Positions 8,980 through 19,144 of a DNA stretch of 64,000 nucleotides are shown in pieces. The first letter of the stretch is position 1, and each line of letters starts with the position of its first letter. Made by a program: the position numbers and the translations under genes. Below the pieces are notes generated by a model. It was not told where the DNA came from. It searched no databases and saw only the letters and a list, made by a program, of their open reading frames with translations. The DNA is from Arcobacteraceae bacterium (GTDB lineage Bacteria > Campylobacterota > Campylobacteria > Campylobacterales > Arcobacteraceae). The stretch spans positions 2,304,001 to 2,368,000 of the forward strand of contig OY759974.1 of the NCBI GenBank assembly GCA_963662945.1. Direction: 5' to 3'.

Positions 8980-10920
8980 CTACTTAAGAACAAAGTCTTT
9001 TTTTAATTGTTGCATAATAGTAGTGATTATTTCCATTTCACTAATATTTACAGTTTCAGCTTTTAATTTTTCTATATTTTTTAACAATGGAGAAAACTTT
9101 TTTATTGCAGCTTGTGAAATTGATTGATCAGTTTTAATTTTTGATTTTAACTCAACAAAATAGAGCAGGACACTTTTATTTCCAATAAGCGCAGCATAGA
9201 TACTAGGAAGTATACCATAGTGATCAGGTATATTTTTTATATCACTATCAATATGATTAATCAATTTAATTACTTCTATATTATTTGACCAAACTGCACT
9301 ATGTATTACACTACGACCAAGTTTATCAACTATTTTATAATTAAATCTTACTCTTTTAAGAAGTGCTTTAAAAAGTTTTTTATTACAAGGTGTTTGTGCA
9401 ACTATCTTACTAACAACAGTCCATCCTGTTTTATCTTGAACATTATGGTCTACTTTTGCACTTATTAACATACTCAATCCAGTTTCAAAATCAATATCTG
9501 GATTGTCTTGTTGAAAAGCATGAAGCACATATTCAAAAAAGAGGTTACTTCCATCACTATTAACCATTTTCAAATCAACACCAGCTTTCAGGTAAAGTTT
9601 AAATAAGGGAATATTATCATAAATTAGAGGTTTAAAGAAAATAGGATTTCCTTCAGAATCAAAGAAGTCCAGCTCTCTTTTATAGTATTTGAATATTGCT
9701 TTAAGTACATTCATAAATCGTGTATGTCCAACTGCATATTTCATCACATCATTGTCTATGAAGTCCATTTGCCCATGGTTACTTAATACAAGATTATTTA
9801 AAATTTCAAAAACTGTTTGACCTTTATTGTTTTTTAGAGTTGGATTTGCACCATGTTTCAATAATAGGATTGTAATTTCAAGTTTTTCTATTCCCCCATA
9901 ACAAGCATAAAAGAGAGGTGTTTCACCATTTTTATTTTGTAAATTTACATCAATTTTTTTTTCTAATAACATTAATGTGGATTGTAATTCACTTGATTTA
10001 ATAGTTTGAAAAAGAGCATGTTCATTGTTTTCATTTACTGCATTTATATCCAGTCCAATTTCGATAAGTTTTTTGCTCATTGATAAAAGACTATTTCTTT
10101 TAGCTTCATCAGCAGGATCTATATTTGATAAGGCAGAGAGTACTTCCATAAGAATTGTATTTTTATTTGCAACTCTTGAATTTATATCAAACCCATTTTC
10201 TAAAGCTACTTCTATGATATTAAAAGCTTCAATACCTCTTTGTGCAATAATTGATAAATAGGTATTACCCTCTTTGTTTCTATGGTTTGGACTTGCACCA
10301 TTTTTAATAAGTTTCAACGCAACTTCATCATTAGATAAAGCAAAAGCATGGTGTAAAATATTGTTATTCTCTTTGTCAATATTATTTATATCTAGCTCTT
10401 TGAGCGTTAAAAGATATTCTATAAAATCTATATGACCGTATGATAAAGCATCATATAAAATATTTTGTCCTTTATTATCTTTTGAATTTATATCAGCACC
10501 ATGTTCTATAAGAATTTTCGCCATCTCATGGTCACCCAACATTACAGAGTCTTGTAGTTTTGTTCTTCCATGAATATCTTTTTTATTGATATCTGTTTCA
10601 ATTTTAGAAAGGATAACTTGTACTACTCTATGGTATTGATTTTCTATTGCAATGTCAAAAGGAGTAAATCCATTTTTATTAGCCACATCAATTTCAATTC
10701 CTTTTTCTATTAGCCACAGTGCTGCCTCAGTTTTTCCGTTGTAGATAGCAAGGTATAAATAGTTTTCACTGTTAGTATTTAAATGGTTTATGTTGATTTC
10801 ATATTTAGTAAATGCTTTTTCTAATTTTGTTTTGTTAAAATTATTATTAATTAGTTCATTCAAAAATAATTCATTTGTATTCGTATTGTTTTGTATTTTT
10901 TGAACGAGTTTTTTTATCAT
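8980..10920 (-). CDS. Ankyrin-repeat protein
   Basis: Many repeats such as GFTPFDIA, LIEHGADINSKDNKG and GETPLFYAC...LLKHGANP. Confidence 0.92.
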   Translation of the reverse strand: MIKKLVQKIQNNTNTNELFLNELINNNFNKTKLEKAFTKYEININHLNTNSENYLYLAIYNGKTEAALWLIEKGIEIDVANKNGFTPFDIAIENQYHRVVQVILSKIETDINKKDIHGRTKLQDSVMLGDHEMAKILIEHGADINSKDNKGQNILYDALSYGHIDFIEYLLTLKELDINNIDKENNNILHHAFALSNDEVALKLIKNGASPNHRNKEGNTYLSIIAQRGIEAFNIIEVALENGFDINSRVANKNTILMEVLSALSNIDPADEAKRNSLLSMSKKLIEIGLDINAVNENNEHALFQTIKSSELQSTLMLLEKKIDVNLQNKNGETPLFYACYGGIEKLEITILLLKHGANPTLKNNKGQTVFEILNNLVLSNHGQMDFIDNDVMKYAVGHTRFMNVLKAIFKYYKRELDFFDSEGNPIFFKPLIYDNIPLFKLYLKAGVDLKMVNSDGSNLFFEYVLHAFQQDNPDIDFETGLSMLISAKVDHNVQDKTGWTVVSKIVAQTPCNKKLFKALLKRVRFNYKIVDKLGRSVIHSAVWSNNIEVIKLINHIDSDIKNIPDHYGILPSIYAALIGNKSVLLYFVELKSKIKTDQSISQAAIKKFSPLLKNIEKLKAETVNISEMEIITTIMQQLKKDFVLK

Positions 10921-10978
10921 TACTTATCGCTTTTTAAAAAGTTATTTATTTTAAAGTATAATAACATTTTATCTAAAA

Positions 10979-11734
10979 CTACTTAATCTTAGGTAGTTTT
11001 AAAACCATATCTTCACCTATCATTATTCTATTGCAATGACCAGCTATTTGTTTATCTTTTGTAATAAAGTTCATATTCATATAGGAATATTTATGAGTGA
11101 TTTCTCCTCTTTGTAAACTATGAAATCCTAGAATAGTTACAGGTGTATTTAACATGGTATCTTGAAATGTAGATGAAATATATTTTTTGGAAGATGCTTG
11201 TTTTTCATCTTGTGGTTTAAAGGAACAAGTTCCGGTACTACATCTAATTGAATCATTTTTATTATAGGTAAAAATTCTATACTCGTTAGCTTTTATATTC
11301 CCTTCAAGTATAAAAGGAAAAGGTTTGTAGGTATTTATGCCATACTCATGAGCAATATTATCTAAGTATTCCTCAAATTGTTTTTCTGTGTAGATAGTAT
11401 TTGGAACTTTAAAAGTTGCCCATTGTGGGACATTACTATAGAGCAAAAATGAGGCTTTTTTATTGAATGTTTTGTCAAATTTAATCCATTTGTGTGACAT
11501 AGAAGTAATATAAGGTTGTTGATTAAAAATTTGAATTTCCCCTTGTAAATTTTCTACTAAACCTATGGCATAGAGCGAGTTTTTATTTTTTATTTTGTTT
11601 AAATCAATGGTTTGATTTGTTTGTTGATATTCTAAAAGTGATGTTAAGTTTCCAAATGAATATACCTTTTGATCCCATATTTCATTGGCAAAAAAGTTAC
11701 TTACAATTAAGATGAGTGCTAAGACTATTTTCAT
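10979..11734 (-). CDS. Exported protein with alpha-acetolactate decarboxylase-like fold
   Basis: Signal peptide; LYAIGLVENLQGEIQI, PFPFILEG and F.....AGH resemble ALDC-like proteins, but the HxH Zn ligands read MNMNF. Confidence 0.55.
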   Translation of the reverse strand: MKIVLALILIVSNFFANEIWDQKVYSFGNLTSLLEYQQTNQTIDLNKIKNKNSLYAIGLVENLQGEIQIFNQQPYITSMSHKWIKFDKTFNKKASFLLYSNVPQWATFKVPNTIYTEKQFEEYLDNIAHEYGINTYKPFPFILEGNIKANEYRIFTYNKNDSIRCSTGTCSFKPQDEKQASSKKYISSTFQDTMLNTPVTILGFHSLQRGEITHKYSYMNMNFITKDKQIAGHCNRIMIGEDMVLKLPKIK

Positions 11735-11735
11735 A

Positions 11736-13151
11736 TTAACTAGAACAACTACACTTTAAAGCTTTGAAATTTTTGTTTGGTTGTGTATATTTTTCAAATG
11801 CCTTGTGTTCATTATAGGGATTGTGTGCAATTTTTAGTAAATCATTTACTAAAGAATAATCCCCATTTTCAGCTTGGTCAATAGCATCTTGAAGCATATA
11901 GTTTCTTAAAATATATTTTGGATTTATGGTTTTCATTTGGGTCAATCTTTCTTCTTTTGAAACAACTTCTTTCTCTAATCTTGTTTCATAAAGTTCAAGC
12001 CAAGCTTTTAATTGATGTGTAGTTATAAAAGAAAATTCTTCACAGCTTATATTCCAAAAAAATGAGGTGTAGTCTATATTTTCTGAGTGTAAGGCACTAA
12101 AGAGTCTTAAAATAAGTGAAGTATCGTCTATCTTTGTATTGTACAATCCTAATTTTTCTTTGATAAGTGAAAAATATCTTTTTTTGTATTTTCCTATAAA
12201 AGTATCATTGTAACTCTCCATAAGTTTGTGATCAGCAATTGGAGATAAAACTTTTGCTAAAACACTTAAATTCCATTGTGCTATAAAAGGTTGATTTTCA
12301 AAAGAATATCTTCCCTCATGGTCAGATAAATTACATACAAATCCTTTATCAAACTCTTCCATCATAGCATAAGGACCATAATCTATCGTAAGACCTTCGA
12401 TAGACATATTATCTGTGTTCATAACTCCATGCATAAATCCAATACTTTGCCACAAGGCTATCATCTCCATAGTTTTATCAACAATTGCAAAATAGAGTTC
12501 TTCATATTTATTATTGAGATTTTGAAGTTTTGGATAACTCTCTTCTATAACGAAATCAGCAAGTTGTTTAAGATTTTGTTCTTTATCTTTTCCAATATAG
12601 GCATATTCGAAACTTCCAAATCGTATCCAAGAGGTTGAGGCTCGTAATACCATAGCACCTTGTTCATATTCATAATCTCGTAAAACTTTTGTATCAGAAG
12701 TTATCATAGCAACAGCTCTTGTTGTAGGAATACCTAATCCATACATCGCTTCACTTAAGAGATATTCTCTTATTGTTGAGCGTAAGACAGCTCGTCCATC
12801 ACCGTTTCTAGAATAAGGTGTTAGTCCTGCCCCTTTGAGTTGTAAATAATAATTATTGATTTTCCCAAGATTGATTGCTCGTCCATCACCAAGATTTGGT
12901 ACAAAGTAACCAAATTGATGTCCTGAATAGGCTTTTGAATATGGAATAGCTCCTTTAGGTAAGTATTCTCCATTTAAAAATTGTAAAAATTCTTTTGTTT
13001 CTAAACATTCATCGTCAAAGCCTAATTGATGTGCTAAAGATTTGTTAATACTTACGAGTTTAGGATTTGTAAGTGGTGTTATTTTTAATTCAGAATAAAA
13101 AGTTTTATTCAGTTGAGTTAAAATATTGCAATTGAGTTGTATCTTGTTCAT
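11736..13151 (-). CDS. selO: Protein adenylyltransferase SelO (YdiU family)
   Basis: YSGHQFG...LGDGRA, QLKGAGLTPYSRNGDGRAVLRS, GFMHGVMNTDNMSI...IDYGPY, C-terminal CSCSS. Start moved to ATG 13151. Confidence 0.93.
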   Translation of the reverse strand: MNKIQLNCNILTQLNKTFYSELKITPLTNPKLVSINKSLAHQLGFDDECLETKEFLQFLNGEYLPKGAIPYSKAYSGHQFGYFVPNLGDGRAINLGKINNYYLQLKGAGLTPYSRNGDGRAVLRSTIREYLLSEAMYGLGIPTTRAVAMITSDTKVLRDYEYEQGAMVLRASTSWIRFGSFEYAYIGKDKEQNLKQLADFVIEESYPKLQNLNNKYEELYFAIVDKTMEMIALWQSIGFMHGVMNTDNMSIEGLTIDYGPYAMMEEFDKGFVCNLSDHEGRYSFENQPFIAQWNLSVLAKVLSPIADHKLMESYNDTFIGKYKKRYFSLIKEKLGLYNTKIDDTSLILRLFSALHSENIDYTSFFWNISCEEFSFITTHQLKAWLELYETRLEKEVVSKEERLTQMKTINPKYILRNYMLQDAIDQAENGDYSLVNDLLKIAHNPYNEHKAFEKYTQPNKNFKALKCSCSS

Positions 13152-13155
13152 TTTA

Positions 13156-13605
13156 TTAACTATTCTCTTCTTTATACTGTTCAATAAAATCAGAAAGGAG
13201 ATAGTTTATAACAGATTCATAAATATCAGTTTGTATCTCCTTAGAATTTGAATCAAAAAAATCATCTTTATAGTATGTAATACCCATATTTTCTATAGAT
13301 TTATTTCGTGTAGGAATTGTATCTTCGACAATAAACATACTGATATGCATTACATATTTTTCATTGATTTGTATTCCTTGAATTTTAACTATAAAATTTG
13401 AAAAATGTTTCGTAGTAGTTTTAATATGTAGTTTATCTAGGGTTTGTTCTAGGTCATATGTTATTTTTTCTAAGTTTGTTTTGGTTGTAAGTTTACTTTT
13501 ATCAATTACTTTGAGGTTTACCTCAGTTATCCCTTCCAGTGAAAAAGGAGATAGTGCGAATAAGTTAGTGACTATAAATAAAGTTATAAAGAGAAGTTTT
13601 TTCAT
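13156..13605 (-). CDS. Hypothetical exported protein
   Basis: 149 aa with signal peptide; operonic spacing with neighbours. Confidence 0.7.
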   Translation of the reverse strand: MKKLLFITLFIVTNLFALSPFSLEGITEVNLKVIDKSKLTTKTNLEKITYDLEQTLDKLHIKTTTKHFSNFIVKIQGIQINEKYVMHISMFIVEDTIPTRNKSIENMGITYYKDDFFDSNSKEIQTDIYESVINYLLSDFIEQYKEENS

Positions 13606-14030
13606 GATTTTCCTTTACTCTTGAGAATAGTTTCATCTAATACATTTATAAATTTTTTCTTGGTTTTGTATCCAAAAGAAGTATTAATAATTTTTTCGTT
13701 TTTAGAATCAATAAAAAAGATTGAAGGGACAACTTTTGCAACAAATTTATCAGAAGGATAAAGTTTAGTATCTCTATTAAGAATTAATGGAGTGAAATTT
13801 TGCATCACTACATTACTAATCTCTTTTTTACTTAGTGTTTGTTTTTCTAGTTTTTCACACCAAGGGCAAGTATTGGTCACTAAAACTAGCATTAAAGGTT
13901 TATTTGTTTGTTTGGCATTTTCTTTAGCTTTTTCATAATTTGTAAAGTAATGGTTTTTTTGAGCAAAACTATCCATTGATGCAAAAACAAATGATGAAAG
14001 TAAAGCAATAAAAAAAATATTTTTTAACAT
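13602..14030 (-). CDS. Exported thioredoxin-fold protein (SoxW/DUF255-like)
   Basis: Signal peptide, KPLMLVL..TCPWCEKLEK, cis-Pro motif VVPSIFF. Confidence 0.82.
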   Translation of the reverse strand: MLKNIFFIALLSSFVFASMDSFAQKNHYFTNYEKAKENAKQTNKPLMLVLVTNTCPWCEKLEKQTLSKKEISNVVMQNFTPLILNRDTKLYPSDKFVAKVVPSIFFIDSKNEKIINTSFGYKTKKKFINVLDETILKSKGKS

Positions 14031-14155
14031 TAGAAATCCTTATTTAAGTTATGAAACACTATCAAAACTTTTTTAAAGTTTATTTAATATAAACTTGTAA
14101 TGTAAAATATTTTAATGGTGAAAGTTTAGATCAATATTAATTATGAGGGGATGTT

Positions 14156-14644
14156 ATGAAAACATTGTATATTATAAGACATGCAAAATCTAGTTGGAAA
14201 GATATTGCTTTAGATGATTTTGATAGACCTTTAAAACAAAGAGGAAGAGATGATACTATTCTAATGGCGAAGAAACTAATTGAATTGAATATCTCTCCAG
14301 ATTTAATTATTTCAAGTCCCTCTAAAAGAACAAAATGTACAGTTGATATAATGACAAAAGAGATGGGATATAGCAAAGAAATTTTATATGAAGATAAAAT
14401 TTATGAATCAAATATGATTAATTTAAAAAATGTCATTAAAAACATCAATAATAAATATAATACTGTTTTTCTTTTTGGACATAATCCTGGATTAAATATG
14501 TTGGCTGAAGACTTATGTGATTTTGTTAAAAACATAGCTACAACAGGTATAGTAGAAATTCATTTTGACTGTGATAATTGGAGTGAAATATCCAAACAAA
14601 ACAGTCATTTTATTAAGTATATCTATCCAAAAAAATATAAATAA
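14156..14644 (+). CDS. sixA: SixA-family phosphohistidine phosphatase
   Basis: LYIIRHAKSSW..DFDRPL, SSPSKRT, FGHNPG motifs. Confidence 0.85.
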   Translation: MKTLYIIRHAKSSWKDIALDDFDRPLKQRGRDDTILMAKKLIELNISPDLIISSPSKRTKCTVDIMTKEMGYSKEILYEDKIYESNMINLKNVIKNINNKYNTVFLFGHNPGLNMLAEDLCDFVKNIATTGIVEIHFDCDNWSEISKQNSHFIKYIYPKKYK

Positions 14645-14712
14645 TATAGGTTGATAATTTAACTTATTTAAAGACCATATAAAGTAAAATTGAAAAAAAG
14701 AAGGATTTATAA

Positions 14713-14901
14713 ATGAGATTGATTTTAGCTATTTTAATACCTTGGTTAAATTTTTTTACCATAGGAAAACCAATTGCAGGTATTATTTGTTTGATTTTAC
14801 AACTTACACTTATTGGTTGGTTGCCAGCTGCCATTTGGTCTGTATACTCTTTAAGCCAATACAATACAGATAAAAAAATAAAAGAAGCTTTGAAAAAATA
14901 A
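14713..14901 (+). CDS. YqaE/Pmp3-family small membrane protein
   Basis: LILAILIPW...ICLILQLTLIGWLPAAIWSVY; AAGGA RBS. Confidence 0.85.
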   Translation: MRLILAILIPWLNFFTIGKPIAGIICLILQLTLIGWLPAAIWSVYSLSQYNTDKKIKEALKK

Positions 14902-14961
14902 TTTTAGAAAATAAGTTCCTTTTGTGTACAATCTAGTTTATTATGACAAAAGGTATGTAAC

Positions 14962-17058
14962 TTGGACGACAAATATACAATACTTTCAAAAGTATTTGGA
15001 CACAAAAGCTTTAGACCTTTTCAAGAGGAAGCTATTGAGAGCTTGCTTAATCACAGAGATTTACTGACGATTATACCAACAGGTGCTGGAAAATCACTTT
15101 GTTATCAACTTCCCGCTTTACTTATGGAAGGTATATGTGTCGTAATCTCTCCACTGATTGCTTTGATGCAAGATCAAGTGACTGCGCTCAAGGCAAATGG
15201 AATGAATGCAGTTATGATAAACTCTTCATTAACTGAAGAACAAATCAATGAAACTTTTACTCAAATTCAACAAGGCGAAATAAAATTTTTATATATCGCT
15301 CCTGAGAGATTTGCTGCTTTTGGTTTTATTGAGTTTTTACAATCAATACAAATCTCTTTTTTTGTAATTGATGAAGCGCATTGTGTAAGTGAATGGGGAC
15401 ATGAATTTAGAGTAGATTATAGGAAGTTACGATTACTAAAAGATAACTTTCCAAATATTCCAATAGCCGCATTTACAGCAACAGCAACTGCAAAAGTTCA
15501 GTCTGATATTATTTCAAATTTATTACTTCACAATCCTACTGTTTTAAGAGGAGAAACAAATAGAACAAATCTTTTCATAGAAGTAAGAAATAGAGTTGGA
15601 AATGGAAAAGAACAGTTGTTGGAGTTTCTTAAAAATAAAAAACAAACTACTGGAATAGTATATACATATACAAGAAAAGAGACAGAACAAATTGCATTGT
15701 ATTTACAGGAAAAAGGTTATCATGCAAAAGCATATCATGCAGGGCTTAATGCTGGTGTAAGAGAAGAAGTATATAAAGAATTTATAAATGATAAGTTAAA
15801 TATAGTAGTAGCAACCATAGCTTTTGGTATGGGGATAGATAAAAGCAATATTCGATTTGTAGTACACACCTCTATGCCTAAAACTATGGAAAACTTTTAT
15901 CAAGAGATAGGCCGTGCTGGAAGAGATGGACTTGATTCTCATACTCTTTTACTCTATACCAAAGCAGATCAAATAAGTAAACTAGCACAGATAGATGATA
16001 CTATGAGTTTAGAGTATAGAAAGGTTTTAGAAGATAAATTACAAAAAATGTACCAGTTTTGTAGTTCTTCTCAATGTCGTCATCAATCAATTGCCAAATA
16101 TTTTGATGATGAGATACTTCCTTGTAAAACAATGTGCGATAATTGTACAAAAGAGAAAGTAGAACAATTCGATATTACGGTAGAGGTACAAAAGTTTTTA
16201 TCTGCTGTATATAGAACAAATCAAAGTTTTGGACAAAATCATATTATAGATATCTTGCGAGGTTCAAATAATCAAAAAGTATTTCAATTTAATCATAATG
16301 AGTTAAGTGTTTATGGCATAGGAAAAGAAAAAAGTAAAAATGAATGGAATGCAATAATAGATAGACTTTTTGATATAGAAGCAATAACTGTAGGAGAATA
16401 TCGTTCAATCAAGCTTACTTCTTATGGTATGGAAATACTAAAAGGACAACATAAAGTTTTTATAGACAGTGATAAAGTTGGTATTTTAGAGATACAAGAA
16501 ACAACAACTACTAATGAGAAAGTATATTCTCAGTTTTTTGAACAATTCAAATTATTAAGAACACAAATAGCTTCTCAAGAAAAAGTTGCTCCTTATATAG
16601 TATTTAGTGATAAAATTTTGGTAGAATTAAGTGATAAATTACCTCAAACTAAAGAAGAGATGTTAAGTATTAGTGGAATAGGTGAGTTAAAATATGAAAA
16701 ATATGGAGAAAAGTTTTTAAATCTTTGTAGAGAATTAAAACCAAATCAAAAGAAAAAACTTACTAAAACATATTTAGATACATTAAACTTGATAGAAGAT
16801 AATAAAGATATAGATGAAATTGTAACCATACGGCAACTTCAAAAAGCTACAATTATTTCACATATAAAACTTTTAAAAGAGTATGAACAGTTAGAGCAGA
16901 TTCAAGTTGATAGATTAATAGAACCTTTAAAAAAAGATTATCCAAAAGATATGAAAGTTTGGATTGAAGAGAGATTAGAAAAATATAGTATAGAGGAACT
17001 CAAATCTTTAGTTTATTTATATGAAGTTTTATTTGAAGAAGAAAGGATAGTTGAATGA
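14962..17058 (+). CDS. recQ: ATP-dependent DNA helicase RecQ
   Basis: PTGAGKSLCYQ, DEAHCVSEWGHEFR, QEIGRAGRDG, Zn/RQC and HRDC domains; TTG start. Confidence 0.96.
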   Translation: MDDKYTILSKVFGHKSFRPFQEEAIESLLNHRDLLTIIPTGAGKSLCYQLPALLMEGICVVISPLIALMQDQVTALKANGMNAVMINSSLTEEQINETFTQIQQGEIKFLYIAPERFAAFGFIEFLQSIQISFFVIDEAHCVSEWGHEFRVDYRKLRLLKDNFPNIPIAAFTATATAKVQSDIISNLLLHNPTVLRGETNRTNLFIEVRNRVGNGKEQLLEFLKNKKQTTGIVYTYTRKETEQIALYLQEKGYHAKAYHAGLNAGVREEVYKEFINDKLNIVVATIAFGMGIDKSNIRFVVHTSMPKTMENFYQEIGRAGRDGLDSHTLLLYTKADQISKLAQIDDTMSLEYRKVLEDKLQKMYQFCSSSQCRHQSIAKYFDDEILPCKTMCDNCTKEKVEQFDITVEVQKFLSAVYRTNQSFGQNHIIDILRGSNNQKVFQFNHNELSVYGIGKEKSKNEWNAIIDRLFDIEAITVGEYRSIKLTSYGMEILKGQHKVFIDSDKVGILEIQETTTTNEKVYSQFFEQFKLLRTQIASQEKVAPYIVFSDKILVELSDKLPQTKEEMLSISGIGELKYEKYGEKFLNLCRELKPNQKKKLTKTYLDTLNLIEDNKDIDEIVTIRQLQKATIISHIKLLKEYEQLEQIQVDRLIEPLKKDYPKDMKVWIEERLEKYSIEELKSLVYLYEVLFEEERIVE

Positions 17059-17528
17059 CTTTACAGACAGATGACAGATATAAAATGGTTGAAAAAACGA
17101 TGAAAAAGTTGGGGTATGATAGAAGTGCTTTAATTGAAACACTGCATACAGCACAAGAAACTTTCGGATATTTAGAGAATGAAACTTTAAAGTTTATCGC
17201 TAGAAGATTAAAATTACCATTTTCAAAAGTATATGGTGTTGCAACGTTTTACCATTTTTTTAGGCTTAAACCAAAAGGGAAACATACGGCAGTTGTTTGT
17301 ATGGGAACAGCTTGTTATATAAAAGGTGCCACTGCTATTTTAGAAAGCTTAGAAAGTAGATTTGGTATTAAAGCTGGAGAAACTACAAAAGATGCTTTAA
17401 TCTCTGTTTTAACTGCTCGTTGTGTTGGGTCATGTTCTCTAGCACCAGTTGCCATATATGATAATAAATCTGTAGGAAAACTTACCCTAGAAGAAGCAGA
17501 AAAAACTATACAGGAGCTTATCAGATGA
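17055..17528 (+). CDS. hoxE: Bidirectional hydrogenase diaphorase subunit HoxE (NuoE-like)
   Basis: ALIETLHTAQETFGYL, VYGVATFYHFFRLKPKGKHT, CMGTAC...RCVGSC [2Fe-2S]. Confidence 0.9.
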   Translation: MTLQTDDRYKMVEKTMKKLGYDRSALIETLHTAQETFGYLENETLKFIARRLKLPFSKVYGVATFYHFFRLKPKGKHTAVVCMGTACYIKGATAILESLESRFGIKAGETTKDALISVLTARCVGSCSLAPVAIYDNKSVGKLTLEEAEKTIQELIR

Positions 17529-19144
17529 TACAATCATTAGAAGATTTAGAAGAGATAGCTAATAAGAAAAAATGTACTGAACAAAGTTGTAAAGATGAAC
17601 TAAGAATTTGTATAGGGAGTAGTTGTGCAGCTTTAGGTTCTCAAGAGATGCAAAAATCTTTAACTAAAAAAGTAAAAGAGAAAGAGTTACAAACGAAATG
17701 TAAAGTAAAAGGTGTAGGATGTAATGGCTTATGTTCTGCTGCAATTATGGTATCTTCTTATGATAAGTCTAATAATAAAGAAGTGATTTATGGTGGTATA
17801 GAGACTACTGATGAGGATAGATTATTAGATTTAGTTGAAAATAATGTCGAGTTAACAGATAAACTTCTTGATACAAATACACCATTTTTTACACAACAAA
17901 AGAAAATTGTATTAGAAAATGCAGGTATTATTGATCCAAATGATATTGATGATTATATTGCACATGATGGTTATAGAGCATTATTTACAGCATTAGAAGA
18001 GATGACACCGATAGAAGTTATAGAAGAGGTAAAAATATCAGGACTTCGAGGTAGAGGTGGAGGAGGGTATCCTACAGGATTAAAGTGGGAAACTGTCTTA
18101 AAAGTTGAAAGTGACCAAAAGTATATTGTATGTAATGGTGATGAGGGAGACCCAGGGGCTTTTATGGATAGAGCAGTAATGGAAGCAGATCCACATAAGA
18201 TACTTGAAGGTATGGCAATTGCTGGATTTGCTTGTGGAGCTAGTAAAGGCTTTATATATGTAAGAGCAGAATACCCAATAGCAGTTGAAAAATTAAATAA
18301 AGCAATAACACAAGCAAGACAAAAAGGTATCTTAGGAAATAAGATTGCAAATAGTAATTTTGATTTTGATATAGAGATACGACTTGGTGGTGGAGCCTTT
18401 GTATGTGGTGAAGCAACAGCATTGGTAGCTTCTATTGAGGGAAATAGGGGAAATCCTAGACAAAAACCACCACATTTAAGTGATTATGGTCTTTGGGGTG
18501 AACCTACTATTTTAAACAATGTGGAAACATTTGCAAACATAGCACCAATTATAAGAAATGGTGGAGAATGGTATAAAGCAATAGGAACTGAAAAATCAAG
18601 TGGTACAAAAGTATTTGCTTTAACTGGACATATTCAAAATACTGGATTGGTTGAAGTACCTATGGGTATTTCCTTACGAGATTTAATTGAAAAAATTGGT
18701 GGTGGCGTTCCAAATGGTGGCAAACTTAAAGCTATTCAAACTGGAGGACCAAGTGGAGGTTGTATTCCTGATGAGATGCTTGATATTCCGGTAGATTATG
18801 ATTCCTTGAAGGCTGTAGGTTCTATTATGGGAAGTGGTGGACTTATTGTTATGGATGAGAGTTCAAATATGGTTGAGGTAGCACGATTTTTTATGGACTT
18901 TAGTAAAAGTGAGTCTTGTGGAAAATGTGTACCTTGTAGAGTTGGAACTACAGAACTAACAGAACTTCTTGACAAGTTTATTAAAAAAGAGGCAAAACAA
19001 AGTGATTTTGAACTTTTAAAAGAGATGTGTGTAGTTGTAAAAGATGCAAGTCTTTGTGGTCTTGGACAAACAGCACCAAATCCTGTATTAAGTACTATTA
19101 AGTATTTTGAAAAAGAGTATTTAGAAGGAATCAAAAATGATTAG
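17525..19144 (+). CDS. hoxF: Bidirectional hydrogenase diaphorase subunit HoxF (NuoF-like, FMN/NAD)
   Basis: N-terminal thioredoxin-like [2Fe-2S] domain, GLRGRGGGGYPTGLKW, CNGDEGDPGAFMDR, ESCGKCVPCRVG, CGLGQTAPNP. Confidence 0.92.
   Translation: MIQSLEDLEEIANKKKCTEQSCKDELRICIGSSCAALGSQEMQKSLTKKVKEKELQTKCKVKGVGCNGLCSAAIMVSSYDKSNNKEVIYGGIETTDEDRLLDLVENNVELTDKLLDTNTPFFTQQKKIVLENAGIIDPNDIDDYIAHDGYRALFTALEEMTPIEVIEEVKISGLRGRGGGGYPTGLKWETVLKVESDQKYIVCNGDEGDPGAFMDRAVMEADPHKILEGMAIAGFACGASKGFIYVRAEYPIAVEKLNKAITQARQKGILGNKIANSNFDFDIEIRLGGGAFVCGEATALVASIEGNRGNPRQKPPHLSDYGLWGEPTILNNVETFANIAPIIRNGGEWYKAIGTEKSSGTKVFALTGHIQNTGLVEVPMGISLRDLIEKIGGGVPNGGKLKAIQTGGPSGGCIPDEMLDIPVDYDSLKAVGSIMGSGGLIVMDESSNMVEVARFFMDFSKSESCGKCVPCRVGTTELTELLDKFIKKEAKQSDFELLKEMCVVVKDASLCGLGQTAPNPVLSTIKYFEKEYLEGIKND

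Noticed and set aside
11736-11760. Selenocysteine at the SelO C-terminus
   Set aside because: Ends CSCSS-TAA with no in-frame TGA.
14076-14096. Inverted repeat AAGTTTAT-N5-ATAAACTT between the thioredoxin and sixA genes
   Set aside because: Almost all A/T, no assignable regulator, plausible by chance.
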